From: a virus
Length of the DNA stretch: 64,000 nucleotides
Strand: one strand, 5' to 3'
IMG/VR virus record: IMGVR_UViG_3300044655_002046
A program made the position numbers and the translations under genes. Each line of letters starts with the position of its first letter. Positions within the stretch are counted from its first letter, which is position 1. This document shows positions 8,293 through 18,982 of the stretch, one piece after another. The notes beneath the pieces were generated by a model. The model saw nothing but the letters and a program-made list of their open reading frames with translations, ran no database searches and was not told the DNA's origin.

Positions 8293-8983
8293 TATACTGC
8301 AGGAGCTGCGGGACTGGAAGGATGACTTTGGTAGTCTACTCGATAATAAGCAGCTTATAGGGACTATTGAATGGCAGCCCCTCTGGGAACGGCTAGTAGC
8401 TCTAGAGAGATTATTCAATGACCCTATAATATCTGAACCACTGGATAACTATAAGGTGGCTCTGCGCCATCCTATTGATGCCTGTGGGATGACAGAATTT
8501 GTTGTACAGTTAGTAGAGAAGGGCTCCAGTGAGAATGATATATCCCGCGCCTTATCTATGCAGGGTGTTGATCTTACAGCGCGCCAGGTAGGTGAATGGA
8601 TAACGTCCTATAAAGGCGCGCCCATAATGGATAGAGTAGAGTATCCCTATGGCTCTGTGTTTGATACTCAGGCGCAGCTACAGAGTATATTTAATGATCT
8701 TAAGGCGGGTATTATCGCTCTCAAGTCGGCCGATGATGAACCATTTATTAAGGCTAGGAGAGTCAAGGAGGAAGTATGGATTCAGTTTATGCAGGAACAG
8801 CGCCAACTACTAAAAGATGCGCGTGCTCTGATGGAGACTGTCAAGCAATTCGAGGCCATAGACCGATTCAAGCAAATTGTAATAGAGGAGGTGAACAAGG
8901 AGAATCCAGTTATAGCGAGTCGCATCTACCGACGTATACAATTGGCCAAGACACTCCTCAATACGCTGGAACCTTCCGCATAG
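8273..8983 (+). CDS. helical HTH protein, possible terminase small subunit
   Basis: HTH-like SENDISRALS...LTARQVGEW followed by long amphipathic helices. The terS assignment is inference only. Confidence 0.35.
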   Translation: MMADYTNILQELRDWKDDFGSLLDNKQLIGTIEWQPLWERLVALERLFNDPIISEPLDNYKVALRHPIDACGMTEFVVQLVEKGSSENDISRALSMQGVDLTARQVGEWITSYKGAPIMDRVEYPYGSVFDTQAQLQSIFNDLKAGIIALKSADDEPFIKARRVKEEVWIQFMQEQRQLLKDARALMETVKQFEAIDRFKQIVIEEVNKENPVIASRIYRRIQLAKTLLNTLEPSA

Positions 8984-9199
8984 CGACATCACAGTATAGC
9001 GCGCATATACTAGATGAATACTTTCTTTATAATAGCCTCAATGTATTCATCGGTACATTTATATTTGGCCTAGGTGGTAGTATTAATTATGATAGATGTG
9101 GTTATACCTTCTATCAGGACATTCGAATAGGCTTTATCTATTGCGCTATTATCTGGTCTAGTCAACGCCCATTTCATCTGAAAGTCAGAGGTAAGCTCA

Positions 9200-9394
9200 T
9201 TGAAAACAAACTATCACGGCAGAAAGTATCTCAGATGGAACAATAGAGTGCTTGAGGTAGACGATGGCGATGGTGCGTGGAAGCACTATAAACATAGCCT
9301 ATTCGCTACTGCTGATATACCTAATGGTAGTGATGGATTCGCTACTGCTCAGGTGTGCCTCAAGAATGGTTATACCTATCGCTTCCCGTCTTGA
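9200..9394 (+). CDS. hypothetical phage protein
   Basis: AGAGGT RBS at 9187 before TTG; followed by a terminator. Confidence 0.6.
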   Translation: MKTNYHGRKYLRWNNRVLEVDDGDGAWKHYKHSLFATADIPNGSDGFATAQVCLKNGYTYRFPS

Positions 9395-9434
9395 TTATCT
9401 GTTGAGAGGGCTAATCCCAATAATGCAAAGCTAG

Positions 9435-9469
9435 AAAAGAGCCAGTACCCTTGCGGGTGCTGGCTTTTT
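9435..9469. terminator. bidirectional intrinsic terminator between convergent modules
   Basis: AAAAG-AGCCAGTACCC-ttgc-GGGTGCTGGCT-TTTT: an 11-bp stem with one G:U-type pair, flanked by A and T runs. Confidence 0.85.
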
Positions 9470-9551
9470 GATCATCCATGTCCTTCTCATCTTAGCTTAT
9501 TAGGGTAGATTGAGTCAAGCTAATAATGTTGGGGATTCTTGACACGAGGGC

Positions 9552-12500
9552 TTAGCCCATGCGCAGCATTACCTCTCTATCAAGTCTACCATCTAGCCTA
9601 TTGACCCAGAGACTATTATCGTCACTGGGTCTTGTTGTGACTGTTACTGTATTGCCGTTCTGCTCGGCGCTGGTCTCCTGAGATATTAGTGCTATATGGC
9701 CCCGGCGTGCCGCCTCCTCTGTTATCTCCTTCAACTCGGGGCTGAAGTTACCATTATTGCTTATGATGGCTCGAGACTGAGTGGCTGGTGCAGGCCCGCC
9801 TACTGTCTTACTAACGGCTAGGGCTAGCCGGGCCACCTCTGTATTATAGGGGGTAGCTGACTGGGCTAGTCTATTCATAGTATCTGACACAGTAGCGCGA
9901 ATAGCCGCTATGTTGTTCTTATACTGGCCTAGCAACTGTTGCTTAGCGTATACTTTTATGGAGCCCCAGTCACTACTGGCCCGCGCTGACTTGACCCAGC
10001 TGGTCTGCCCGAATATCTCTACGTTGAATAGGCGGGCCCGTCGTGCTATCTCCCTTTCTGTGAATGGATCTAGTAGTTGTATGTTACTATCTCCTCCAGC
10101 AGGTGTTGGTAGTAGCATAGCTGCCGTTCTACTACCTGAGGAGTCCTTGCTAGCGTCAGCCCATCTATCCGCGTTGTATTGGAAGGCCCGCCCTGGCATA
10201 GCTAGTGTCATGCCGCCTGGCCCCTGCTTATAGCGCGCTAGTAGATAATCTGTTGGCGTGACAAATATATTCAGCCCTGTTATCTTACCCATACCCTCTA
10301 CTGCAGCGCTACTACCGCGGGCCAGCGTCTCGTGTATACCTGGGGCGGAAGTTATAACTGCCCCTCCTAGGAGGCCTACTGCACCTGATTTAGCTATTAG
10401 ACCCCAGCCCGCGCCCTTGAACCAGCTTGCGGCCGCCCCAACTAGAGACATCGCACCTAGAGCCATACCTATGGCTGATGTGATGACGCCCTTGACTTGA
10501 TTGTTACCGAATGATAGAAGACTGGGTATCTTATCTCCTATTATGTCGCCTATACCTCTATCTACACCAGCCCAGAACCTCTCACTAGCCTCACTGAAGT
10601 CCTGCCAGGCATCGCCCTTAGTGACTGCCTCTAGGTGCTTATAGCCCCATGCAAATAGTCCTGTTGCTATACCTACGCCTATTGCTACCGCTCCTATTGC
10701 TGCTACTACGGGGGCAGCTACGGGGGCGGCTGCGACTGCCGCACCTAGAGCTCCTATCGCCTTAGCAGCTATTAGACCTGTGACTATACCAGTTATAGAG
10801 TTACGCACTGTCATACCAGCGTGCTCCTCGAGTAATTGTCTCTCTGCCTCAGTGTATAACTCATCCCGTTGAGATCGGCCGAGTCTCACGAATGCGCTAC
10901 CTATATCTAGACTCTCTATGCCCCCCCAGGCTGTCATAATGCCGCCGCCTAATGCCTGAAGCGATGCCCGTGCGCTGAGCCGCGCCTTAAAAAATGGGTA
11001 GACTTTTATCTCTGAGGGGTCAGCTATAGGAGCCTTACCGCTATCCCAGTGGAATATACGTTTCCATTGAGGGGCCTTCTTCCGCTCTATATCTATAATG
11101 CCGCCCTGCTTATTGGCCCAGTCCTCTACTCTCTGATTGCGACTACGCAATACTTCTATATCAGTAGTGGCCCCAGCCATTATCAATGCCTTCTCCTTGA
11201 TGTCCTTGAATAGGAAGCCTAGTTCATTTAGTACGCTAGCGCTTATGATACGTATCTGTTCGTCTGATGTCAGACCACGGAAGCGCGATGATATCATAAA
11301 GGCATCGCCAGGGCTGGGGTTAAGGGATATCTTACGTATAACCTCGCGCTCTATCGTCTCCTTGATGACCTCGCGTATACGACGTCTTAGGAATGAGTCA
11401 GCATCTCCATACTGTATCTTGAATGTCTCCTCGCTTAATCCTAATAGTGAGTAGGCCTTCTGTGAGAAGGGGGCGGGCCCGTTATTAATTGATATATCGC
11501 TATCTAGTAGGTTTAGTATCTTAGTCAGGAAGCTATCGGGCCCGCGGCTTATAGTGTCATCTAGACTATCTACTAATTTACGTACTAGATCGTCCCTATC
11601 AGTTATACTGCGTACAGTACTCTCGTTTATAATAGGGGCATCGTATACGTGCGCCATTAGAGTATCCATCCCGTCATTTGCAGTCATACTCATGAAGCTA
11701 TTGAGGAAATGACCTATTCTCTTCCCTACCTCTCCGCCCATGCCGTCAGGTGGACTAGCGTGTAGCGTATAGGTGAAGCGGCCCCGCTTCACCTCATACT
11801 TCATGCGGTTCTCTCCTAGGGGGCTCTTAGCCTGAGGTGCCGTTATAATAAAATACTCTGCCCTCTCACCGGCCCATAGAACACGCAGCTCAGTCATAAC
11901 GTTATCAATAGCTCGTGCTTGCTTACCTCCCTCTAGTACGCCAAATAAACTCATCATCGCGCCTATCGCGCCTGCAATCATAGTGGCTGCAACACCCCCA
12001 GCTAGACTCGTCATAATGGGTGTGTTGATTAGTGGTATCTTACCCCAGAAGTTAACTAAGAAGGATCCCATCATCCCCAGGATATTGCCCTCCTCTGTCC
12101 TCATTGATCTAGGCGCGCCCATCTCCAGCCAGTCTCCATCTGCAGCGTATATATCTACCTGTCTACCTCCTGTACGTCGTTCCGACGAGTACTTAATGAA
12201 GTTCTCGTATTGCACGAAGTTGAGAGGGTTAGCTACTCTGGATACCAGGCCAGGGAATGCAGTCTCTGCTAGTAATCGCATGTCCCCCTTACTCAGCGAT
12301 GCGATTAGCGTGTCTAGATATGACTTGGGTTTCTTACTATCCCGGGGATTCATATTATCAGGATTACCTAGATTAGTCATCTCAGATACTAGTGACTCTG
12401 GCCGCTGATATGCGAAGTTGCGTATTACTTGCAGACGACTACTCAGTGCTATGTTCATCAATGGATCCGCTCTATAGAGGGCCAGGCTGGCTCTATTGAA

Positions 12501-15500
12501 TGGGTTAGTTACGCGCCGGCGGTTCCTATCAGTCAGTGGGTCTAATCGTGCCGTTAGACTGACTATACTGATGGCCATAAACTTGCGCTGATCCTCTGAT
12601 AAGTTATTCATCGAGGCATCAGTTATATTGGCCTTACGGTAGTCGCGCGCGTATAATTGGCCCATGGCCCCTGCCTTGACCATCTTGAACATGTAGGCCG
12701 GTGCCGTAGAATATACTGCCGTACTGATGTCCTGGTTAGTGGACTGCAGCTGCATGTAGAAGGTCTGGCGCGAGCCTAGCTCTCCCTCTCGCACACTAGT
12801 ACCGAATACTAGGACACTCATGAATGGGTTACTGGCATTTAGCACAAAGCTGCTGCGTAGGTTATCTATTGCAGTACTCATACGCCCTACGCTGCTCTCT
12901 ATGGGGTTGATTAAGCGCACGCCGCGCTTACGTTTATAGGCGCCATCCGCCATTACAACCAGAGGCTCCAGGGGATCCGGCGCCACGACTATATCCCGTC
13001 GTGTGACTAGGCGGAATGCATTAGACACGAACTCCAGCGGTGTGCCGTCCATGGCGTTATAGAAGCCTGCTGTTGCTTCTTCTTGATTACCTGAGCCAGA
13101 TAATACAATACCTACACCTAGTAGAAGAGCAGTAGCGGCTATGTTCACGGTGCCTAGTGCCGCTGCAGAACGCAATAGCCTATTACCGCCGGGCCCCAGT
13201 ATTCTGGCGTTTCTATACTTGAGGTAGTCTCTACTATCCACTAGGGTGCGTAGGTTCTCGCCGTAATCCGTTAATCTATAGTTACCTGCCTCGTCTATAA
13301 TGTCCCGTACCTGGAAGTTAGATGGGCGCCGGCCGTGTTCATTCATAGCATTATGGTATGCCGTGCCATGAACTGTCTTCAGATGTTCATCTAGTAAATC
13401 GAAGCTATGGTAGCCTCGTCGATTATTACGATAGTCTGATAGGTAGGTCTCTACAGTATTGAAATCAGACCGTATGTCCCTCTCAAGAGAGGCTAGACGT
13501 AGCCGCCGCCACATACCTAGTGGGTTCAGTGGATGCATCTTACCTACCTTGGCCCTCATTCTACGATACCGCTCTATAGTAGCGCCTGGGTCGAGCCCGA
13601 GATCTCCTAGTTCTACTACTGCCATAGCGTTTACGCCGGCATAGAGCCCTACTGTGGCTAGTCGAGTCATGACATTGTCGTCCATGCCCTCACTTATATT
13701 CCACCCAGTCTTAGTCTGGAATAGAGCTGCTACAGTGCCAAGAAGTAATGGCATGCGATAGGCCCGCCATCTGCGTAGACCCGTGTGCATACCGCGGCTT
13801 ATCCTAATGTCATTCATACCTGTTACTCTCGCTACACGAGATTGTAACGCTGCTACCTTCTTACGCCATGGATCGTGCTTCATAGCGAAGGAATACGCGA
13901 AGGCCAGAGAAGTACCTACAAGTAGAGAACTTGTTAGTGGACTCGTGCCCGTTAATCCAAATAATACGCCGAGCACAGGGGGTACAATAAAGTTACTCAG
14001 GGCTACTACCTTAGCTAGTCTTCTATCTAGCTTCTCGAATCCCTGTAGTGCCCCGTAGCTGAACCCCGCCATTGTGTCTATTACCTTACCTGAGTAATGC
14101 CAGAAGGAACCAACTGCAGTTCGCGCACCTGCTATGGGTATATTCATAACTCGGCCGCCCCAGTCATCTACTAGTACTGCTAGGTTAGTCATCTTATTAC
14201 TGAGGTCCTTCGCACCTGCGCCTATCGCGGGGTCGCGTAGTATCTTAGAGCGCGCGTACTCTGGTAGTATAGCAGACAGGCTGACTAGGCCCGCCGTTAA
14301 TGATACTGCTAGTGATATATTACCAGCGCTCTGTATGTAATTGATGACATTATCCTTCTCCTGGTTATATATGAAGGCCTCAGCATAAGGCTTATTAGCG
14401 TCAAAGGCCAGGGGGGCTGACACGCTCATAGAGATACCCAGTACAGGTGCTGATTGTACCCCCATACTGTAGCTGTATACACCCTTATCCATCTCAGAAC
14501 TACGGCGCCGTGACTCCGCTATGAAGAACTGGATGTAGGACGTGGGGGCCTGACTAGCGTATACCTCTATAGTTCTGGCCCGTCGACTTATAGCTGCTAC
14601 TGGTGTGTGGGCACTAACTCGTCCTGCCACGAATGCAGACCATGCCTCTAAAGTCCTCTCAGTTCTATTGCCAACTAGCCCGCCTGTGTTAACCCTATTG
14701 AGTACTGATTGTTTCCATGCCTGGAGACTACCTACTGTTGCGTAATTCTCGTCTAGTACCTGCCCCTCTTGTCCTGTCATCCGGTTGAAGGTATTCATTA
14801 TGAAGTTACCTACACCGGTTATGATGCGGGGGGCCCATAGTAGCGCTGCTGTAGTTAGGCCCCACGTCATGAATCTATTACCCTTCTTGATTAGAGTGCC
14901 TCGCTTCAGTACTTCCTCCGCCTCTGCAGATATTAGACGACTGTTACCACTGGCATATAGCTCATCGCTGAGACTATACCGGTTAATGGCCATACTACCG
15001 AATACCTCACTACCTACATAACCACCGGCTACTGCTAGTGCTGTATAGGCAGCCCCCATGACGGGCCCCTCGAGTACTAGATTGCGGTTATTGTAGCGCA
15101 CCTCCTCTACGTCGACAGCGCCGAACTGTAGGTTAATAGAACGCAGGAAGCTAGGCCCACTTGCATCTAGTATATTAGCTAGGCCGGCCTGCACGTTCAT
15201 AAGGGCTAATACAGAGGCACCTATAACGCCCTTATTGCGGAAGAATGATGAAGTCAGAAAGCGACTATTACGCGCTGATATTAACCTGAATAGATCTTCT
15301 TGAGCTGCCGTGGCCCCCGCTGCCCGTTGTACTGCCTGCTGATAGTGGGGGCTACTCTGTATGGCCTGATTGTAGACTATCAGCTGATCTACAAACTTAG
15401 CAACTAACTTACGCTGTTCTAGAGTTTGCACATTACCTATCTGACGACTACCTTGTCCGTTAATGCCTACCTCCCATGTCAGAAGGTTCTCCACTAGCAT

Positions 15501-18260
15501 CTGTCTCTCTAGCCTCATGAGTTGCTTATACTCTACAGCTAGATTACTAGTTGCTATGGGTCCTATACCCATGAATAAGTTATTACCCTGGAGGCGCGCC
15601 TTAGTAGAACGCATTACTCCTCCTAGCATAGCCCCGCCTCGCATGAGAATGCCCTTCATACCGCTGGCGTTATTCTCGCTACTACTGACTATGTAATTGA
15701 GACTCTGGCTTCCAGTACCTAATATTCTATGGAAGGTTTCTGCCATCTCATTAAAGCTGAATACCTCTGCCATACTCACGAAGGAGCGGCTGTCTTCCTT
15801 GCCATCTCCCCAACCCCAGCGCCAGGGTGCAACCGGTATACTAGCCCCTACCTCGTCAATTAATATTGCTAACTCTCGTTGTCTCTCGAAGCCTATGTTA
15901 GTGGCCTTGAGCGATACTAGGAATGGTTCTACCTCACCTGAGACTGGATTATACCTCTCTTCAAAAGTAGTCTCTAGACCAATAGGGCGCCGTAATGAAT
16001 CATGGAAGGCATCCACAGAGCGCCTTAACTTAATGTCCTCTGCGCTCCCTCTCTCATAGGGATTTATGACATCTAGTATGAAGGGCTTAGTTATATATTC
16101 GAAGAAGGTAGATCCCCTCTCTCTATAAAATAGATTATTGAGAGCGGGCAGCGTATTTATACGGTCAGTATAGTAGTTGTCGAGGGTACCCCCGCTAAGC
16201 CTCTGAACTTCTTGCATGTACTTAGCTAACTCAAAATTATCGACGGGGGCGAAGTCTAGTATAGGCATGTGCTGAGGATATCTTTTTCCTCTTGTCTTCT
16301 GTACTGCGCCATCGATAGTGCCCTGAACCATCGATTTATTTAATTCTGCAGTTATGTAGCCTAGGGGTATACCCACACTGAAATATAACCCCATACTGGC
16401 CGCCGTAGTCATTACAAAGCTACTGGCAAATGTGAGCGCATTCTCATATACACCGGCTACTGGTACCATGCTATCGCGAGTCTCATCGTAGTCGAAGAAC
16501 GTGCCGTAGTATGTCAGTGTTCTATCTAGTACTGCGCCGAAGGCGCCTGCTATACTAGGTAGGGCCCCCACCTCATCTTTATATAATCTGCCAAAGCCGG
16601 CCATGATAGTATACTCATTGATGAGAGAGCCCAGGCCCGGCGATAGTAGGGCCTTATCGTAGTCGCGGACCTGCTCTGGTACAGTACTGGGGGCTCCACT
16701 TAGCGCAGCGCGCGCTAGGTAGTTCTGTGTGGCTATACCGGGCCTATTAGTGTAGGACTCTAGTGATTCTCTCCAGTCTAGGTGTCCGCTTACTCGAGCG
16801 CGGGCTGCGTTATTAATAGCCACCTCATAGAAGTGGGAGGCCCCCAGGAAGCTGGGTAGTTGAGACGCAGTAGTACCAGTAGTAGCACGTATAAATGACT
16901 TATTGGTATAACCCATCTGCGTCATCTCTATATCAGAGACGTTGAACTTATTATCAGACAATAACATGCCCTTATAATACGCGAAGGCAGCGGGGTCATC
17001 CTCGCTAGTTAGCCGTATCATGATCTCTCTATTATGCTGAGCACTGAAGCGCCGGGTGCCCATATAGAGTACATCGGTGCCCTTCTCGTCTATGTTCTCA
17101 AATAGGTGTTTATTATAATGAGTGCCTACGTTAGAGCCCACTATAACGCCGGCCTGCTGTAGACGATTACGTATGCTGGAATCTAGCTGGCCACTAGTAG
17201 CCATTAGTACTGGTATGTCGGAGGCCCGTTCTACTATAGTGTTCTCGAAGTTCTCTAGTCTGGCGTAGTGAGTCCTATCTAAATTATTATCTCGACTGAT
17301 GATATTTCCATCATCATCTCTTGCTTGAGCTAGGCTCCAGCTTGCTGGGCTCAGCACTATGCCATTGGCCCTCTGCGCGTCGCGGGTCATAGCTAATATA
17401 GCCTCTGACTCACCTAAGATGAATCTATTGCGAGAAGTATCTAGCTCCCTGCCCTCTGCTAGGGAACGCATATAGGTGCGGAGTTCAGTAACAAACTTAG
17501 GGTTAGTGGTTTCGTAGAATACATCCTTTTTATTAGACTTAAGGCCTATGTCAAGGAGACTACTATTAGTATTCCTGAGCATTACACCAGCACCCATGAG
17601 TAGAGGGGCGGCTATAGCTCCTACTATACCTAGTCGCGGGGCCCTGCCTGATATTATAGCGCCGGCCCCTGCAATACCTGATACTACCGCTCCTACCTCG
17701 AGGGCATTAGTTCCATACTCGGTTATATAAGGAGCCGTGTGTACTCTACCTACATCAATACCGTCCTCTCTGGTAATCAACTCGAGCTTAGAGTGCATCA
17801 GCGTAGTACCCTGGCCCTTATTAGCGGTATAGGGTATGACATTTAGATTATTAGATGCCGCCTCTAGTGCCTGTGATTCTCTCTTAGATATAGTCATGTC
17901 GACTACAACGGTACCACCTACCTCATCGTATAGATCCATCTCATTGGTAAATATACCCTCTGCCATTTTTATATATGGCTTCATGCTCTGATAGAATTTA
18001 TCCTGTCTCTCCTGACCTATTGCTCTGAAGCTCTCTTTATTAAAAGTATCGTGTAATAACTCTAGGGTGAAATCCGAGTGGAACCTACTGTGCGAAAACA
18101 AAGCTGCTTCTAGGCTATTGGGGCGCGCATCTCTTAGAAAACGCTGAGTCTCATTAAAAGATGACACACCAAATCGGCTAGAGTAATTCTCTAGTGAACC
18201 AGTACCAGCCGATGGGTACTTACCGGCCGCCTCTATTTGTCTTAGTAGATCCGATTCCAC
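9552..18260 (-). CDS. giant tape-measure-like virion protein (2902 aa) with two degenerate PLD/HKD-like domains at the N-terminus
   Basis: Size, many G/A-rich hydrophobic helical stretches and position in the tail module. HSK...G.V.T and H.NK...YMGT...NREI motifs lie within the first ~430 aa. Confidence 0.65.
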   Translation of the reverse strand: MESDLLRQIEAAGKYPSAGTGSLENYSSRFGVSSFNETQRFLRDARPNSLEAALFSHSRFHSDFTLELLHDTFNKESFRAIGQERQDKFYQSMKPYIKMAEGIFTNEMDLYDEVGGTVVVDMTISKRESQALEAASNNLNVIPYTANKGQGTTLMHSKLELITREDGIDVGRVHTAPYITEYGTNALEVGAVVSGIAGAGAIISGRAPRLGIVGAIAAPLLMGAGVMLRNTNSSLLDIGLKSNKKDVFYETTNPKFVTELRTYMRSLAEGRELDTSRNRFILGESEAILAMTRDAQRANGIVLSPASWSLAQARDDDGNIISRDNNLDRTHYARLENFENTIVERASDIPVLMATSGQLDSSIRNRLQQAGVIVGSNVGTHYNKHLFENIDEKGTDVLYMGTRRFSAQHNREIMIRLTSEDDPAAFAYYKGMLLSDNKFNVSDIEMTQMGYTNKSFIRATTGTTASQLPSFLGASHFYEVAINNAARARVSGHLDWRESLESYTNRPGIATQNYLARAALSGAPSTVPEQVRDYDKALLSPGLGSLINEYTIMAGFGRLYKDEVGALPSIAGAFGAVLDRTLTYYGTFFDYDETRDSMVPVAGVYENALTFASSFVMTTAASMGLYFSVGIPLGYITAELNKSMVQGTIDGAVQKTRGKRYPQHMPILDFAPVDNFELAKYMQEVQRLSGGTLDNYYTDRINTLPALNNLFYRERGSTFFEYITKPFILDVINPYERGSAEDIKLRRSVDAFHDSLRRPIGLETTFEERYNPVSGEVEPFLVSLKATNIGFERQRELAILIDEVGASIPVAPWRWGWGDGKEDSRSFVSMAEVFSFNEMAETFHRILGTGSQSLNYIVSSSENNASGMKGILMRGGAMLGGVMRSTKARLQGNNLFMGIGPIATSNLAVEYKQLMRLERQMLVENLLTWEVGINGQGSRQIGNVQTLEQRKLVAKFVDQLIVYNQAIQSSPHYQQAVQRAAGATAAQEDLFRLISARNSRFLTSSFFRNKGVIGASVLALMNVQAGLANILDASGPSFLRSINLQFGAVDVEEVRYNNRNLVLEGPVMGAAYTALAVAGGYVGSEVFGSMAINRYSLSDELYASGNSRLISAEAEEVLKRGTLIKKGNRFMTWGLTTAALLWAPRIITGVGNFIMNTFNRMTGQEGQVLDENYATVGSLQAWKQSVLNRVNTGGLVGNRTERTLEAWSAFVAGRVSAHTPVAAISRRARTIEVYASQAPTSYIQFFIAESRRRSSEMDKGVYSYSMGVQSAPVLGISMSVSAPLAFDANKPYAEAFIYNQEKDNVINYIQSAGNISLAVSLTAGLVSLSAILPEYARSKILRDPAIGAGAKDLSNKMTNLAVLVDDWGGRVMNIPIAGARTAVGSFWHYSGKVIDTMAGFSYGALQGFEKLDRRLAKVVALSNFIVPPVLGVLFGLTGTSPLTSSLLVGTSLAFAYSFAMKHDPWRKKVAALQSRVARVTGMNDIRISRGMHTGLRRWRAYRMPLLLGTVAALFQTKTGWNISEGMDDNVMTRLATVGLYAGVNAMAVVELGDLGLDPGATIERYRRMRAKVGKMHPLNPLGMWRRLRLASLERDIRSDFNTVETYLSDYRNNRRGYHSFDLLDEHLKTVHGTAYHNAMNEHGRRPSNFQVRDIIDEAGNYRLTDYGENLRTLVDSRDYLKYRNARILGPGGNRLLRSAAALGTVNIAATALLLGVGIVLSGSGNQEEATAGFYNAMDGTPLEFVSNAFRLVTRRDIVVAPDPLEPLVVMADGAYKRKRGVRLINPIESSVGRMSTAIDNLRSSFVLNASNPFMSVLVFGTSVREGELGSRQTFYMQLQSTNQDISTAVYSTAPAYMFKMVKAGAMGQLYARDYRKANITDASMNNLSEDQRKFMAISIVSLTARLDPLTDRNRRRVTNPFNRASLALYRADPLMNIALSSRLQVIRNFAYQRPESLVSEMTNLGNPDNMNPRDSKKPKSYLDTLIASLSKGDMRLLAETAFPGLVSRVANPLNFVQYENFIKYSSERRTGGRQVDIYAADGDWLEMGAPRSMRTEEGNILGMMGSFLVNFWGKIPLINTPIMTSLAGGVAATMIAGAIGAMMSLFGVLEGGKQARAIDNVMTELRVLWAGERAEYFIITAPQAKSPLGENRMKYEVKRGRFTYTLHASPPDGMGGEVGKRIGHFLNSFMSMTANDGMDTLMAHVYDAPIINESTVRSITDRDDLVRKLVDSLDDTISRGPDSFLTKILNLLDSDISINNGPAPFSQKAYSLLGLSEETFKIQYGDADSFLRRRIREVIKETIEREVIRKISLNPSPGDAFMISSRFRGLTSDEQIRIISASVLNELGFLFKDIKEKALIMAGATTDIEVLRSRNQRVEDWANKQGGIIDIERKKAPQWKRIFHWDSGKAPIADPSEIKVYPFFKARLSARASLQALGGGIMTAWGGIESLDIGSAFVRLGRSQRDELYTEAERQLLEEHAGMTVRNSITGIVTGLIAAKAIGALGAAVAAAPVAAPVVAAIGAVAIGVGIATGLFAWGYKHLEAVTKGDAWQDFSEASERFWAGVDRGIGDIIGDKIPSLLSFGNNQVKGVITSAIGMALGAMSLVGAAASWFKGAGWGLIAKSGAVGLLGGAVITSAPGIHETLARGSSAAVEGMGKITGLNIFVTPTDYLLARYKQGPGGMTLAMPGRAFQYNADRWADASKDSSGSRTAAMLLPTPAGGDSNIQLLDPFTEREIARRARLFNVEIFGQTSWVKSARASSDWGSIKVYAKQQLLGQYKNNIAAIRATVSDTMNRLAQSATPYNTEVARLALAVSKTVGGPAPATQSRAIISNNGNFSPELKEITEEAARRGHIALISQETSAEQNGNTVTVTTRPSDDNSLWVNRLDGRLDREVMLRMG

Positions 18261-18871
18261 TGTTCATTGACCTCTATATTATCTGTATAGGAGACCTCTA
18301 TCGGCGCTACCGGTGTATCGTATTCTATTACTACGGGGTCATTATTAGGTAATTGTATCTCTGCCTTGAAGCGTCCTGCTCGGCTAGTGCTCTGGTCCTT
18401 GATGGTGTAATCTACACTGGCACCCAGTGTATCTTTAATAGTAATACCTGTTAGTATATCGGGGTAATCGAGTAGACTAATTATGTTCTCTACCGGTGTT
18501 ATCTCTATACGCTCACGACCAGTAGACACACCTATCCACCAGTATCGTGTGTCTATTAGTGATTCCTGATAATCCGGGGCTACGCGCCCCGGAGGTTGTT
18601 GTTTCCATCTCCATATCTCTACCTTATACGCATTCTCTAGTCTGAGTGCCTCGCCGGCCCGTGGTGTGCTGTACTGGGGATAGGCCAACGGCATATACTC
18701 TGGCTCGCAGGGGGCCAGCAATAAGCGTAGGGGTATAGTCGGCTGGAGATGTATTCTCTGACTGGTGCCTGGTATGACCTCACGAAGAGAACGCGGTGGC
18801 GTGATGTAGAGGTAGTACCGCCACGAGTCGAATAATTCCTGGAACTTAAATACAACTGGAGATAATTTCAT
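18242..18871 (-). CDS. hypothetical virion-module protein
   Basis: 209-aa ORF co-oriented with and overlapping the tape-measure start. Confidence 0.7.
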   Translation of the reverse strand: MKLSPVVFKFQELFDSWRYYLYITPPRSLREVIPGTSQRIHLQPTIPLRLLLAPCEPEYMPLAYPQYSTPRAGEALRLENAYKVEIWRWKQQPPGRVAPDYQESLIDTRYWWIGVSTGRERIEITPVENIISLLDYPDILTGITIKDTLGASVDYTIKDQSTSRAGRFKAEIQLPNNDPVVIEYDTPVAPIEVSYTDNIEVNEQWNRIY

Positions 18872-18982
18872 TATGGTTATAGCGCGCCTGGAGACAGCTT
18901 CTAAAACATCATGTATAAGATGTGCTTATCTATAGTGGGGACTAATTTGGCATTCTCGACCTCCGTTATTGATAATGAGAGC

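Noticed and set aside
8776-9246. 156-aa + strand ORF
   Set aside because: It overlaps two better-supported genes in other frames and has no recognisable motif or RBS.
9910-17730. Many + strand ORFs of 60-140 aa inside the tape-measure gene (and similar ones across the - strand virion genes)
   Set aside because: They are antisense shadows of long coding frames, with no RBS, no motifs, and Ser/Leu/Ile-rich sequence typical of reverse-frame translation.
3029-18948. Shared 12-mer GGGGACTAATTT at ~3029 and ~18937, both intergenic
   Set aside because: Only two copies, in unrelated contexts and with no further similarity, which is insufficient to call a regulatory motif.
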